IMG/VR virus record: IMGVR_UViG_3300049009_000811
Coordinates: 51,720 to 115,719 of that record
DNA: 64,000 bases
Origin: a virus
Lineage: Duplodnaviria; Caudoviricetes
Strand: one strand, 5' to 3'
The notes beneath the pieces are model-generated. The model was not told where the DNA came from and did no database searches. It worked only from the letters and a program-made list of their open reading frames with translations. Shown here piece by piece: positions 46,690-57,710 of the stretch; position 1 is the stretch's first letter, and the number at the start of each line of letters is the position of its first letter. Position numbers and translations under genes: made by a program.

Positions 46690-48903
46690 ATGAATGTCAT
46701 AGAGGAAGTCGAGAGCATCAAAAGGTCCCTGGTATCGATCCAGAACCTTCTGGGCGACGTGAATTACGAGACCCAATCCGTCGCGAGGACGGTGATGCAG
46801 AACAGCGTGCCGATGACCACGGACATGAACTTCGGTCTGTACGTGGGCTTGGTCGTGGACACCATAGACATATGGAAGCAGAACCGGGTTAGGTTCTTCC
46901 ATCCCAAGCTCCACCAGCCAGACGTCGACGTCAAGGAACTCCCGTGGGCTCACCCGATATCGGCTATGGGTGGGTTCGACGACTCTGGTCTGAGCTGGGT
47001 TCCGCCAGCCGGATCTTCGGTAGCCCTTGTGTTCGAGAGCGGTCACAGGTCAGCCCCATACTACATGGGCACGGTGTGGCACAGGGACCGAGGGTCGGCG
47101 GGTCAGCACATCTGGGGTCTCGAGAACATGATGGACGAGTACATCAAGATATGGGAGGGACACAGGAAGGGATACCTCGTGGGTCCGAACGACGAGTCCC
47201 AGGTCCTGCCGCCATGGAACACGGAGTCGTACAACGGTTTCGACCTTACCTCCATACTCGATTTCGCCGACAAGCCAGAGGTTCAGAAACTCATAACCTA
47301 CCCAAACATTTATGGCTTCAAGACGCCGGAAAAGCATATGCTCAAGATGGTCGACGGTGACCCGAAGTGCAACAGGAAATGGAAGCGAATAGAGCTGATG
47401 TCAAGCACCGGCAACTGGCTGATGATGAAGGACGACCACCTACACTACGCCGGTCAGTGGTCGCACCCGGACTGCAAGCCTAGCTATTCGAACACGCAGG
47501 ACCTTGTCCCAGACGACGACGTTAGCTGCATAGACGGGGTCACGGAGAAACCTTATCCAGATCTGGCGAGGACCCTCGGTATAGACAGGGGTCTGGTTAC
47601 GACCGGAACGAACGTGAACGACGGCGAACTTTCGGCGTCAAGGGAAGCGCTTAACGAGCAGAACGAGAAAGCGAAGGACATACAGCCGGATTACGCCCCG
47701 CCCAAGGAGAAGCCGGTGTGTGGCGGCAAGATAATAGGCGGGCATCCAAGCACCGCCCACCCGAAATCCAAACACTACAAGTCGCAGAAGGGTCAGAACC
47801 CCTATTTCAAGCACGAGAACGAGTGCAGACCATACAAGGGACCGGGCACGCCGCAGAACAACACCTGCGACCTGCCGCAGTCCGGCATACAGCTGATGTC
47901 GGTATCCGGTCACACCATGGTGATGGACGACTCGGTCGACGACCCGACCGGTGAGCCCAACTGGGAGAGGAGCACCAAGCCGTTCGATTTCGGCTGCACC
48001 GACAAGTTCCAGGGCAGGGTTTACATCCAGAGCGCGACGGGTCACATGATAGAGATGTCGGACATGGAGAGCGACCCTTGCGTCAGGAGCGAATGGAACG
48101 GCATAAAGCTACTTACCGCTTACGGCAACCGCATCGAGCTCAACGACCACGATGACACGCAGTGCGTGGCTGGGAAGAACCGCGGGATAAGCATGCAGAC
48201 GACCAGCAAGCACAGGTTCGAGATGATAGACGAGGGCAACGAGCAGTGCGCGCCGTGCAGGAAGAACTTCGGTCCAGAAAACCAGAACGAGTCTCCCGGC
48301 GGCGGAGCTCCGGGTCACGGTGGTCAGCCAGCGCCCCTGGCGAAGAAGGCTTACATCAAGATAAGGTCCGGCTACGGTCTGGAACTCGAGATGAACGACT
48401 TGGACTCGCAGACCGAGACGAAGCAGCAGTTCATCCAGATATACTCGCCCCAGTACGACAACTGCCACGGACCGCACATCATGCGTTTCCAGGAAGTCGA
48501 GGGAAGCCAGCCCGGGCAGGTCATGCTGAGGACCGGGGGGAGATACCTGGTGGTCACCAGCGAAGACATGGTTGAGGTTGTCGGGGAAACGGGCGGCGAT
48601 TGCTCCAAACCTTCCAACAAGGTGGAAATTGTAAGCGGCATAAAACTTGTTTACTCAAAGGATTACTATATAAATGTGAACGAAAAGTCTCATATATTCT
48701 TCGCGAAAGACAATATATTGCTTTTAGCCGGCGATGAGGGGGAGAAGGAAAGTCCGGAAATCGGGTTCGTTTGCATGTATGACCCGGCTACGGCGACCGT
48801 GAAGGTGAGTTCCAAGGTGATAGGAAGTCTCAAGAAATCAGACCCTTGCGTAACATTGGGGGTAATATTGAGAGGAAAGAAGAAGTGCAATCCAAACACT
48901 TAG
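46690..48903 (+). CDS. baseplate central spike (gp5/VgrG-like, OB fold)
   Basis: GLVVD..D....RVR...LPWA.P....G...VPPAGS.V...FE.G...PYYMG; SGH.M.MDD beta repeats. Confidence 0.85.
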   Translation: MNVIEEVESIKRSLVSIQNLLGDVNYETQSVARTVMQNSVPMTTDMNFGLYVGLVVDTIDIWKQNRVRFFHPKLHQPDVDVKELPWAHPISAMGGFDDSGLSWVPPAGSSVALVFESGHRSAPYYMGTVWHRDRGSAGQHIWGLENMMDEYIKIWEGHRKGYLVGPNDESQVLPPWNTESYNGFDLTSILDFADKPEVQKLITYPNIYGFKTPEKHMLKMVDGDPKCNRKWKRIELMSSTGNWLMMKDDHLHYAGQWSHPDCKPSYSNTQDLVPDDDVSCIDGVTEKPYPDLARTLGIDRGLVTTGTNVNDGELSASREALNEQNEKAKDIQPDYAPPKEKPVCGGKIIGGHPSTAHPKSKHYKSQKGQNPYFKHENECRPYKGPGTPQNNTCDLPQSGIQLMSVSGHTMVMDDSVDDPTGEPNWERSTKPFDFGCTDKFQGRVYIQSATGHMIEMSDMESDPCVRSEWNGIKLLTAYGNRIELNDHDDTQCVAGKNRGISMQTTSKHRFEMIDEGNEQCAPCRKNFGPENQNESPGGGAPGHGGQPAPLAKKAYIKIRSGYGLELEMNDLDSQTETKQQFIQIYSPQYDNCHGPHIMRFQEVEGSQPGQVMLRTGGRYLVVTSEDMVEVVGETGGDCSKPSNKVEIVSGIKLVYSKDYYINVNEKSHIFFAKDNILLLAGDEGEKESPEIGFVCMYDPATATVKVSSKVIGSLKKSDPCVTLGVILRGKKKCNPNT

Positions 48904-48932
48904 GCGGATAAGGAAATTTTTTCAAGGAACAA

Positions 48933-49361
48933 ATGATAGACAACAATGATTTCAAAGGAATCCCGTACCCGATAACAAAAACGCCAAGGGGGTTTTTCTA
49001 CATACAGGGCGGGGTCGACCAGATAAAGTCCGACATGCTCGTGCTTCTCCTGACCAATCCGAAGGAGAGGGTTATGCTCCCGGACTTCGGCACTCCCTTG
49101 AGGAAGCTCCTTTTCGAGCAGAACGACGTGTCGATCATCGCGAAGGCTAAGCAGATGATAGCGAAGTCTCTGAAGATGTGGGAGCCGAGGGTCGCGATAG
49201 AAAACATATACATCCAAAACAAGCTCGATGCCTCGAGCGCCAGCGCCCTGGAGGAAGATGTCAACAACGAGCGGGTTCTCCTCATAAGGATAACCTTCTT
49301 CGACAGGCTCGAGATAACGAAGATCAACGAACTAAAACTAGAACTTCCACTGGGGGGATGA
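48933..49361 (+). CDS. baseplate wedge gp25-like protein
   Basis: LLLTNPKERVMLPDFGTPL...LFE...WEPRV. Confidence 0.92.
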   Translation: MIDNNDFKGIPYPITKTPRGFFYIQGGVDQIKSDMLVLLLTNPKERVMLPDFGTPLRKLLFEQNDVSIIAKAKQMIAKSLKMWEPRVAIENIYIQNKLDASSASALEEDVNNERVLLIRITFFDRLEITKINELKLELPLGG

Positions 49362-49365
49362 TTAC

Positions 49366-50916
49366 ATGTCCAACAACTGCCCGTTTATAGAACCTTTCGC
49401 TAAGTCGGAACTCATAAAGAAGCCGAACGTGTTCAACCTGAACTACACGAACCAAGATTTTTGGTCGATGAAGAACAGGCTCATAGAGTTCACGCAGCAG
49501 AGATTCGGGAAAGAGTTCAACGACTTCGTCGAGTCGTCGCTGGCGATCATGCTTCTGGAGAACTGGGCTTTCGTGGCGGACACCCTGTCCTTCAAGATGG
49601 ACCAGATAGCCAACGAGATCTTCATAGACACCGTGACCGAGGTCGACAACGCCTTCAGGCTATGCAAGCTAGTCGGGTTCGAGCCGCAGCCGCCGATCTC
49701 GGCGAAAAGCTACTGGACGGCTTCGCTGACCAATCCTATAACCACCGACATATCCATAATGACGCCACACGTGATAACCGTCAACGGCGGCGGCTCGTCA
49801 CTGAACATGGAACTGTTCGCAGCCGATTCGGAAGGAAACCCAATGTTCGACGAGGACATCATCATACCGGCAAACTCGATCGTCAACGCGAGCGTCGTAG
49901 GTCTCGAGGGCAAGACGAAAACCGAGGAAATCTCAGGCACCGGAGTAAGGAACCTGTCCATCCAGTCAAGGTACAAGTCGGTCATACACGAATCTATGTC
50001 GGTGACGATCGACGGAAGCTTGTGGGACAGGGTCGATTATTTCACGGATTCGCAGCCGAGGAAGGAGTACAGGGTGGAGTTCGACTCCGAATACACGGCT
50101 TACTTCATGTTCGGAAACGGCGTCGCCGGCATGATACCGTCTGTCGGATCGCTGATCTTCATATCCTACAGGATCGGGGGAGGCGTCCAGGGCAACCTCA
50201 TAACGAACTCAACACAGAAATCCACCCTGGTGGACGTTCCGGGCTTGGGATACCCAGTGCCAGTTTTCTTCAACAACTACACGAAGGCGCAGTACGGCTA
50301 CGACGGGGATTCCATAGAGGACATAAGGAGGAAGCTCCCGCTATACCTCAGGACCCAGGACAGGGCGGTCACCGGTCTTGACTACAAGACCCTGGCGGAC
50401 CAGTTCGCCACGCCATATCAAGGGGCGATAGGTAAGTCGGTGGCGATATTGAGGAACCACGGGTGCGCGGCGAACATAGTGGATTTGTACATACTGGCGA
50501 AGAAGGACAACGACAAGCTCGAGATTCCGAGCGACCAACTCAAGATCGACCTTCTCGATTACTTCGAGGGCAAGAAGATGATAACCGACTACATATGCAT
50601 CAAGGACGGAACGATAGTCAACGTAGACGTCAACATGTCCGTGACCATGGACAAGTTCTACCGCAAGTTCGAGGACGAGCTCCGGGTGAAGATACTGAAC
50701 CGTGTCTCGGCGTTCTTCAACATACACCGCTGGGAGTTCGGTCAGAACCTCAAGGACACCGACATCACGAAAGAGCTTTCAGACCTCAAGGAAATCCAGA
50801 GGGTGGACGTCACATTCAACACCGACCAGGCTGTTCCTGCGTCCAGCCTTGTGACGGTGAAGTTCTTTGAGATCATCAGGGACGACATCATAGACCTGGG
50901 ATTCATTTACGAATAA
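49366..50916 (+). CDS. baseplate wedge gp6/J-like protein
   Basis: YTNQDF, DF.ESS, FGNG..G..P, YRIGGG..GN, QDRAVT..DY. Confidence 0.9.
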   Translation: MSNNCPFIEPFAKSELIKKPNVFNLNYTNQDFWSMKNRLIEFTQQRFGKEFNDFVESSLAIMLLENWAFVADTLSFKMDQIANEIFIDTVTEVDNAFRLCKLVGFEPQPPISAKSYWTASLTNPITTDISIMTPHVITVNGGGSSLNMELFAADSEGNPMFDEDIIIPANSIVNASVVGLEGKTKTEEISGTGVRNLSIQSRYKSVIHESMSVTIDGSLWDRVDYFTDSQPRKEYRVEFDSEYTAYFMFGNGVAGMIPSVGSLIFISYRIGGGVQGNLITNSTQKSTLVDVPGLGYPVPVFFNNYTKAQYGYDGDSIEDIRRKLPLYLRTQDRAVTGLDYKTLADQFATPYQGAIGKSVAILRNHGCAANIVDLYILAKKDNDKLEIPSDQLKIDLLDYFEGKKMITDYICIKDGTIVNVDVNMSVTMDKFYRKFEDELRVKILNRVSAFFNIHRWEFGQNLKDTDITKELSDLKEIQRVDVTFNTDQAVPASSLVTVKFFEIIRDDIIDLGFIYE

Positions 50917-50925
50917 GGCGAAAAG

Positions 50926-53900
50926 ATGGAATCAACAAGATTCGACCAGAAACCGAAGATAGGCGATGAGGTGTTGTTCGACTTCATCACGACCGACCAG
51001 AACGGATGCCCTTCGGATCCGTACAAGGTCGACAAGATAGTGATATATTTCATCGAGAGGAGCTTCGAGCAGCTCAACGAAAACGAATACCAAGACAGGA
51101 TATACGACAACGAGAAGCTGGTCAAAACGGTCGAAGCCGAGAAAAAGGCTTGCGACTACCCGACCGAGCAGAACATATTCGAGGCAAAGAGGCTTAGGGT
51201 CGACCTCGAGAGCGGGGCTAACATACAGCCGTTCTACTACAAGGACGCCACGCCGGTCCACACGATCGGGACTCCCACATTCCCGGCTTGGTTTTCGACC
51301 GACATTGGGAATGCCATGATAGAGAAGGTCGACACCGACACGGAAGGCAACCAGGTGTACGGCAATTTCAGGTTCGTCTGGAAGTCTTCCGGGTTCCGCG
51401 AGGGCGACTATTTCGTTTGCTACGTCTGGACGCCGGTAATAGCAGCGGACCAGATTTCAAGCCACCAGAAGCTGTACATGTCCGGTGACACGACCACCAC
51501 CACCACCATACCTTCGCACGTCACGAAGCCAGAAAAATACGAAACCCTGATGGAAAGGTACACCCCGGAGGTGTTCAAGATACGCATGAGCACGATGGAC
51601 AGGACTCCGGACGTCATGGACAAAATGAACAAGTCCGTGGCTGACGGATTCACGGTTCTGGAGGATTACGCCAACCAGATGATAGACCTGTTCGACGCCA
51701 ACGTGCTTTCCGAGAAGTTCCTTCCGTTCCTATCCAGCCTTTTCCACTTGAAGTTCAAGTCGAACGACCCATACAGGTGGAGGAGGCAGATAAAGCGGGC
51801 TGTTCCCCTGTTCAAGAAGAAGGGCACGATTTCCGGTCTTAAGGAGTCGCTCGACCAGGCGGGGATAAAGTTCCTTAAGTACACGAGGCTGTGGCAAGTC
51901 ATATCGAACCACACGTGGCAGGACGCGTTCACGTACGACGGGATCCAAGTGACATGGAACCTCACCAGGGTGGCTCTGCCGCTTGACCTCGAGAACTTCG
52001 AACTGCTGATCAGGAAGTACGATTCAGACATATGGGAGGATTTGACCTCAGACTACGTCTTCTTCGGCTACGATGATGGCGTGTCCACGATGACATGGAT
52101 TGGGGAATCGCTCTCGGTGACCCCTGTGTCGCTCGATGTCGGCGACACGATCAGGGTCGTGTACAAATACAGGGACGTCCAGACCGTCAACGACCAGAAC
52201 ATAGAGAACTACATAAGGACGCTGTCGCTAGCCGATTCAAGGGACGAGAGAAGCCAGCAGTATCCGGTCAAGAACTGGAACGTCAGGGTTATAGAGGAGG
52301 ACGATCCCCTGTTCGACCTAGTGATACCTACGAAAAGCCCGTTTCACGACGATGTCGTGTTCGGCAAGGTGAGGACCGAGTTCCCATACAGCGAAAACAT
52401 CTACAACATGGAAGAGTACAACGGCAGCATAAGGAACTCGAAGTCGCCTTGCGACATCGACAAGGACTTCTTGGACCCATGCTTCAGCAGCCTCAGCAGC
52501 AAGTACAACATAGACATAGAGATAGAGAATCTGAGCAACGACAGGGTCATGGAAGCCAACGAGATACTGACGGAATCCATGCCGTTCCATGCCGTTCTGC
52601 ACGTGATGAACATCTATGGTGGCATCAACGAGATCGTGGAGCCGCCGGTCGAGTCGCTCGACATGCTGGTCAAGTATTTCGGCAACGATTTCGTCATATC
52701 GGGATCATCGCAGATGTGGTTCAACAGGGCTGTCAAGAAGGGAGCCACGGGCTTCTCGGTCCTCAGGGACGAGCTGGCGAGTTCCGAACTCGTTCACTCC
52801 GGCTCCGGGACCGCGTACAACGACGAGATAATGCTGTTCTCCGGGGACGTGAACTTCGAGAGGGTCGGAATGCTGAAAGACGGCACCTCCATACTGAAGA
52901 TACTCACCGGGTCTCTTGCCGGCGAGTACAACGTTGTGGACCCGACAAAGAACACGGTCGTGATCTCTTCCATGACGGAACCAATCGACGTGGTGAACTC
53001 CACGTTCAGCGCAAGGCTCGCCATAAACCAGAAGGCTTTTTCTTTCCGTTTATCGAACCCGATATCCGCAGCCGTGGGCACGTGCGACATCTACCAGGAC
53101 AACCTGTTCAGGTTCTCCGACTCGAGCAAAGAATTCTCGAATTTCAAGTCATTGAGGGAGGTTTCCAACAGCATGGCTGTGGCTTCGTGGAAGATAAAGA
53201 TACCATCATACTCGGCGACCCCATATGAAATCATAGACATCATGCCAGACGGTTCCATAATCCTCGAGGACAACGGATCCTTGCCTTCGTCTTCGGCGAC
53301 GGGTCTGACCTACACGGCTTACGACCAGTACGAAAACGAGTTGTTCACGAGCTACGAGGGACTCCTTTCCGTCTCGTCCAGGGCTAGGACCAAGGTGAAC
53401 AACGCCAACCTGATCGACGTGCGGAACGTGTTCATGGTTGGCGACTACCAGAAGATATCCGGGTCGGAGTACAAGCTGTCCGGCTTCATAAACGGCGAGG
53501 ACGACCAGTTCTACCTGGAGAACTACAGCGGCGGCGACATGATAGGATACACGCTGGAGATGTACAGGAGGGTCGTTGACGGGGAGATAGGCTACCTAAG
53601 CTACAAGGGCATAAAGCTCCAGTCTTCTGGGAACCTTGAGTCTTCGTTGGGCGTCTCAAACGGGCTCAACAACCTCATATCGACTCCTCTGGAGGACGAC
53701 AGCTTCAAGGAGAATTTCCTGGTCGAGATGGAGGGAGACCTGTATTTCATGTCCGAGATAGACGGGAACAACCCATCCGGGCAGACCACGATCGCCCTGC
53801 AGGGCTTGGAGAACTACTGGAAGACGCTTTCCGGAGGCGGAACCGCGGTCAGCTTCAACATTTACAAGTACACGAAGACGGTAGACGTGACCATACCTGG

Positions 53901-54114
53901 TCAGCAGTTCGACCTTCCGGAAGCAACATTCCAGAGAATTGACAGGAGGGGCAACGAGGTGGTAGGATATGTCACGGAAAACGTGACGCCGATGTTGCCG
54001 ATGTTGTCGCTGAGTTCTGGCGGCGAGGCGGTATCGGAAACCACTTCCCAAAGCGAGAGTGTCCAGATGTCCATAGAGTACAAAAACGGGAAAAAGGAAA
54101 AAGGTGAATTATGA
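50926..54114 (+). CDS. baseplate wedge gp7/P2-I-like large protein
   Basis: FLPFLS...WRRQIKRAVPLFKKKGTISGL; PFH. Confidence 0.75.
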   Translation: MESTRFDQKPKIGDEVLFDFITTDQNGCPSDPYKVDKIVIYFIERSFEQLNENEYQDRIYDNEKLVKTVEAEKKACDYPTEQNIFEAKRLRVDLESGANIQPFYYKDATPVHTIGTPTFPAWFSTDIGNAMIEKVDTDTEGNQVYGNFRFVWKSSGFREGDYFVCYVWTPVIAADQISSHQKLYMSGDTTTTTTIPSHVTKPEKYETLMERYTPEVFKIRMSTMDRTPDVMDKMNKSVADGFTVLEDYANQMIDLFDANVLSEKFLPFLSSLFHLKFKSNDPYRWRRQIKRAVPLFKKKGTISGLKESLDQAGIKFLKYTRLWQVISNHTWQDAFTYDGIQVTWNLTRVALPLDLENFELLIRKYDSDIWEDLTSDYVFFGYDDGVSTMTWIGESLSVTPVSLDVGDTIRVVYKYRDVQTVNDQNIENYIRTLSLADSRDERSQQYPVKNWNVRVIEEDDPLFDLVIPTKSPFHDDVVFGKVRTEFPYSENIYNMEEYNGSIRNSKSPCDIDKDFLDPCFSSLSSKYNIDIEIENLSNDRVMEANEILTESMPFHAVLHVMNIYGGINEIVEPPVESLDMLVKYFGNDFVISGSSQMWFNRAVKKGATGFSVLRDELASSELVHSGSGTAYNDEIMLFSGDVNFERVGMLKDGTSILKILTGSLAGEYNVVDPTKNTVVISSMTEPIDVVNSTFSARLAINQKAFSFRLSNPISAAVGTCDIYQDNLFRFSDSSKEFSNFKSLREVSNSMAVASWKIKIPSYSATPYEIIDIMPDGSIILEDNGSLPSSSATGLTYTAYDQYENELFTSYEGLLSVSSRARTKVNNANLIDVRNVFMVGDYQKISGSEYKLSGFINGEDDQFYLENYSGGDMIGYTLEMYRRVVDGEIGYLSYKGIKLQSSGNLESSLGVSNGLNNLISTPLEDDSFKENFLVEMEGDLYFMSEIDGNNPSGQTTIALQGLENYWKTLSGGGTAVSFNIYKYTKTVDVTIPGQQFDLPEATFQRIDRRGNEVVGYVTENVTPMLPMLSLSSGGEAVSETTSQSESVQMSIEYKNGKKEKGEL

Positions 54115-54590
54115 TAGAAGAGCATGATCCTGTGACGATCAAGGGTGTAGTCCAGATGATAACGGAGTTCAGAGACGGCACAAAGGAAATGAGGGAGTTT
54201 CCAAATACGATATTGAGGAAAGGTAGGGAGGCTTTAGCAAGAAGCCTAGCCAACGACGTCGGCGGTTCCTACGACTACTTCATAAGCAGGATGCTTTTCG
54301 GAGATGGAGGCACGAGCGGCGGCACGCTGAAAAGCGTCGAAACGCAGAGGAACGGTCTTTTCGGCATCACGAGGGCTAGCAAGCCAGTCATAAGCAACGT
54401 GGACGCCAACATATCGAGCCAGGTGATATTCACGTCCGTGCTGACCTTCGACGACGCCAACGGCTACGCGATAAACGAGATGGCTCTTCAAATGTCTAAT
54501 GGCGACCTTTACAGCATGGTGACTTTCGCCGACCTGAACAAGACCGAAGTCATGCAAGTGACCTTCAACTGGAGGCTTTCGTTCGTTTGA
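54111..54590 (+). CDS. tail-fibre attachment (DUF3751-like) protein
   Basis: FGDGG...F...DANG..INEMAL...NKT...W. Confidence 0.65.
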   Translation: MIEEHDPVTIKGVVQMITEFRDGTKEMREFPNTILRKGREALARSLANDVGGSYDYFISRMLFGDGGTSGGTLKSVETQRNGLFGITRASKPVISNVDANISSQVIFTSVLTFDDANGYAINEMALQMSNGDLYSMVTFADLNKTEVMQVTFNWRLSFV

Positions 54591-54862
54591 TGAAAAAAAT
54601 CAGAATAGTGCAGGTCAACAGCGCCGACACCGGCAACAAGCCGGTGAACATGATAGTCGTGGACGACGAGGTGTTCGACTGGGGCATCGACGCCGATTCG
54701 ATCAGCAACGCCAAGAACATGATCGACCAAAGACCGGACATAAAAGAGTCGCTTGTCATGTCGATGCTGAGCCATTTCGTCGAATGCTTCTCGGAGTTCA
54801 TGGGAAGGGAAGTAACTCTCGAGGAAATCAACTCGTCCATAAAGAAAGGATCCATAGAATGA
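54587..54862 (+). CDS. hypothetical protein
   Basis: Coupled ORF. Confidence 0.65.
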   Translation: MMKKIRIVQVNSADTGNKPVNMIVVDDEVFDWGIDADSISNAKNMIDQRPDIKESLVMSMLSHFVECFSEFMGREVTLEEINSSIKKGSIE

Positions 54863-55377
54863 CCAAGAATCTCACCTACCACGAAAGCGACGACAGGTTC
54901 TACGTCAAGGATTCCACGATAAAGAACGCCGGCAAGGGTCTTTTCGCAAGAAGAAAAATACTGAAGGGCGAAATCCTCATGGTTACTGGCGTCCTCGTGG
55001 AGAGGCAAAGCCCAGCCGACATCTGCACGACGTACGCCAACGCCTACAAGTTCGCCACGTCACCCGTGATTCTCGGCGACGGGCGCGCCGAGCCGGGAAG
55101 GTTCTCGCTGATACCGCTTGGTTATGGCGGGATCGTGAACCACATCAAGGATGAAGAGAAAATGAACGTGGAGATGACCTTCCCCGAGGATTGCCAGGTC
55201 GGCTACAAGTTCCTGCGTGACGTCGGCAAAGACGAGGAGATAATAGGAAACTACGGGGACCAGTTCCAGTCGATAATGGATTGGATCGAAAGGGAGCGGA
55301 CAAACGTAAAGTCCGACAAGAAGTCCTGGGAGGAATTCCTCGAATTAAACCTTTACAACTTAGGCGGAATAATATGA
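54859..55377 (+). CDS. SET-domain protein-lysine methyltransferase
   Basis: STIKNAGKGLFA..I.KGE; GIVNH; RDV..DEEI..NYG. Confidence 0.88.
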   Translation: MTKNLTYHESDDRFYVKDSTIKNAGKGLFARRKILKGEILMVTGVLVERQSPADICTTYANAYKFATSPVILGDGRAEPGRFSLIPLGYGGIVNHIKDEEKMNVEMTFPEDCQVGYKFLRDVGKDEEIIGNYGDQFQSIMDWIERERTNVKSDKKSWEEFLELNLYNLGGII

Positions 55378-55520
55378 ACTACTGGCTAGAAATGAGCAAG
55401 AAGAAATCGGTTTCCGGGGAGTCGAAAAAAACAAACAATGTAAGAAGCTATATATATGTAAACCAAAAAGGTTGGAAGATCATGAAACCAAAGAAGCCTC
55501 TCTAGGCAAAAAAGGAAAAA

Positions 55521-56372
55521 ATGCCAGACTTATCGAAAATTCCGACTCCCGAATACAGCCCATTGCAGCCTTACCACTGGGAATACGACAACATACCAAT
55601 AAAGACGTTGGCTTTGCGGGACGAACTCATAAACGCGGAGCTAGAGAACAACTCGAAGATACTCAGGCTGGGCGCCGGCACGCAAGGGAACATGTCCAAC
55701 AGGATCGACCAGTCCATAGACCAGGACGGCAACCTCAAGAGTTCTTCGGTCGACGAGTCGATGCACTCCATAGGCAGTCATTCAGACGGGTCTATGTCCG
55801 TCGGCAACACCGAGCTGGACTACATCAACATAACCCTTGGATACAACAGCGTGGTCAACCCGGTTTCGTTCGTAAGGATGCTGGACGCCGAGAGGTCCAA
55901 GCTGGCGATGATCGCGGACGAAGCCACGAACATAAGCTTCGAGGTCTACACGGCCAGCAACATAGTAGCCTTCAACGAGGGTTCGCTCTCGTTCCAGCCA
56001 TCCGACACAATAGCGTGGGACATAACGGCTCCAACCAGCCCGTCCGCACCATACGTGATCAAGCCAGTACTTGGAATATCAAGCACATTCGCCCACGGAC
56101 ACTACTACGGCGTCGAACCCATAACCGCGGACTACAAGAACTATACGGTAACGCTGATGAGTACCCCATACATGGAGAACAGCCTCAGAGTCCACATAAA
56201 CGGGATGAGGATAGACAAGACATCAAGCATATACACCCCCGGAAGCAATCCGGGCATCGACTGGACGCTGAACAGCTACAGCGAGGACTTCGAAAACGGG
56301 TCTTTTTCCCTCGAGAACGAGATAACCCCCAGCGACACGATAAGAATAGACTTCGATGTTTCATTGGCATGA
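55521..56372 (+). CDS. putative tail/baseplate structural protein
   Basis: Beta-rich C-terminus SLRVHING; position. Confidence 0.6.
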   Translation: MPDLSKIPTPEYSPLQPYHWEYDNIPIKTLALRDELINAELENNSKILRLGAGTQGNMSNRIDQSIDQDGNLKSSSVDESMHSIGSHSDGSMSVGNTELDYINITLGYNSVVNPVSFVRMLDAERSKLAMIADEATNISFEVYTASNIVAFNEGSLSFQPSDTIAWDITAPTSPSAPYVIKPVLGISSTFAHGHYYGVEPITADYKNYTVTLMSTPYMENSLRVHINGMRIDKTSSIYTPGSNPGIDWTLNSYSEDFENGSFSLENEITPSDTIRIDFDVSLA

Positions 56373-56379
56373 GAAAAAA

Positions 56380-56910
56380 ATGAACGAATACAAGAACTTG
56401 GAATACGGATATATCATCTTGTCTCCAGACGGTAATCCCAAACACGTCGAGATCACCGTGAAATCGATAAGGAGAATGTACGATGACGCCAAAATAATAT
56501 GCGTCATACAGGACGGGATCGCGATGGAGAACGAAGAGGAGATCATGCAGAATTGCGATGTCCTTCGCGGGGAGGGAACATACACGTCCCTCATAAGCAA
56601 GGGCATGCAAAACCCGACTTCGGAATGGAATATCATAGTCATATCCGGGAACGTAATGACAAAAAGGATACAGAAAAAATACTCTTATTTCGTGGAAAGC
56701 GAAAGGGACATATTGTTTCCAGTCGTGGACAGGAAATGGAATTTCATCGATGGGACAATAAACGGGATACTGTTCCACAGGAACGCCAACTCGGAAATAG
56801 GGGACTTCCCCAAGCTTGACTCGCTGCAGGAATGCAAGATCGCATGGGCTAGTTTGGCTATTGAGATGGGATATAAATTCAAGGCTATAGTTGGAGCCAG
56901 GCTATCTTGA
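56380..56910 (+). CDS. degenerate GT2-like glycosyltransferase-fold protein
   Basis: IILS..N....T..SI; N/S.G.....W; LFH....EIGDF. Confidence 0.5.
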   Translation: MNEYKNLEYGYIILSPDGNPKHVEITVKSIRRMYDDAKIICVIQDGIAMENEEEIMQNCDVLRGEGTYTSLISKGMQNPTSEWNIIVISGNVMTKRIQKKYSYFVESERDILFPVVDRKWNFIDGTINGILFHRNANSEIGDFPKLDSLQECKIAWASLAIEMGYKFKAIVGARLS

Positions 56911-56921
56911 CGGAGGTTTTG

Positions 56922-57137
56922 ATGAAACTCGAAATGACATTCAGCAACGGAAACACATTCTGCGAATTCGTGTGCGCTAACTGCAACAGCCTTGTGACAA
57001 AAGGGGTAAAAGAAAAGGAGAACAGGTCTCCAGACATCGACCACATCACGTGCGACTTCTGCATGTCGTCTTTTTTGGTGACGCCACACAGCAATGACGG
57101 TTCGGACATATTCGAGTACAGGATGAGCCCGATTTAG
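56922..57137 (+). CDS. zinc-finger protein
   Basis: CANC...CDFC; SD GGAGG. Confidence 0.6.
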   Translation: MKLEMTFSNGNTFCEFVCANCNSLVTKGVKEKENRSPDIDHITCDFCMSSFLVTPHSNDGSDIFEYRMSPI

Positions 57138-57637
57138 CCTGAATTCCTGATGAAGTTCCACCTTCCGTCTCCAGCCTTGTCGGCGTCCACTTCGTACAGG
57201 TACGCGTACAATTCGTTCCACGAGCCGAAAATGCACTCAATAGGCACGAACCCGAAATGCCATATGGGAATCTTGCTTTTGCCATCCGGGCAGACGATCA
57301 TGGTTGGTTTCCCCGTGTTCATGCTTTCTATGATTTCGTGGTGGGTCCCTATTGTCGGGATCCCATAGGGAAGGCATGCCACCAAGGCGTCTGACCTGTG
57401 GACCATGCCCAAATCCCTTGAGACTATCGATTTGGACACGGCGACCAGATCATTGAAGTCGAGATTCTCCTTGGCTTTGGCTATCCTTTCGTGCCAGAGC
57501 AGCTTCGATTCCTCGTAGGGATCGAAAACGTCGATCCCGAAGTCGGATTTCAGCCTTTTTTTCGGTTCCGGGCGCCAGTCTTCCCCGCTGAACTCTATCG
57601 GTCCGCTGAGGTAGAATTTTTTTCCTTTTAGAATCAT
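57134..57637 (-). CDS. nucleoside 2'-deoxyribosyltransferase-like protein
   Basis: YLSGPI...WR...FDP...DL..V..SD......GT..E. Confidence 0.85.
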   Translation of the reverse strand: MILKGKKFYLSGPIEFSGEDWRPEPKKRLKSDFGIDVFDPYEESKLLWHERIAKAKENLDFNDLVAVSKSIVSRDLGMVHRSDALVACLPYGIPTIGTHHEIIESMNTGKPTMIVCPDGKSKIPIWHFGFVPIECIFGSWNELYAYLYEVDADKAGDGRWNFIRNSG

Positions 57638-57710
57638 GGTAAAAGATTATAAGTGAAATAAAAATAAAATCAATCCAAGTTCTTTTACTCTAATTAAACC
57701 GAGGTGAAAA

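Noticed and set aside
44166-54590. Bacterial extracellular contractile injection system or T6SS
   Set aside because: Surrounding gp2-like gene, head-targeting leaders, late promoters, HNH and dense ORFans indicate a phage genome.
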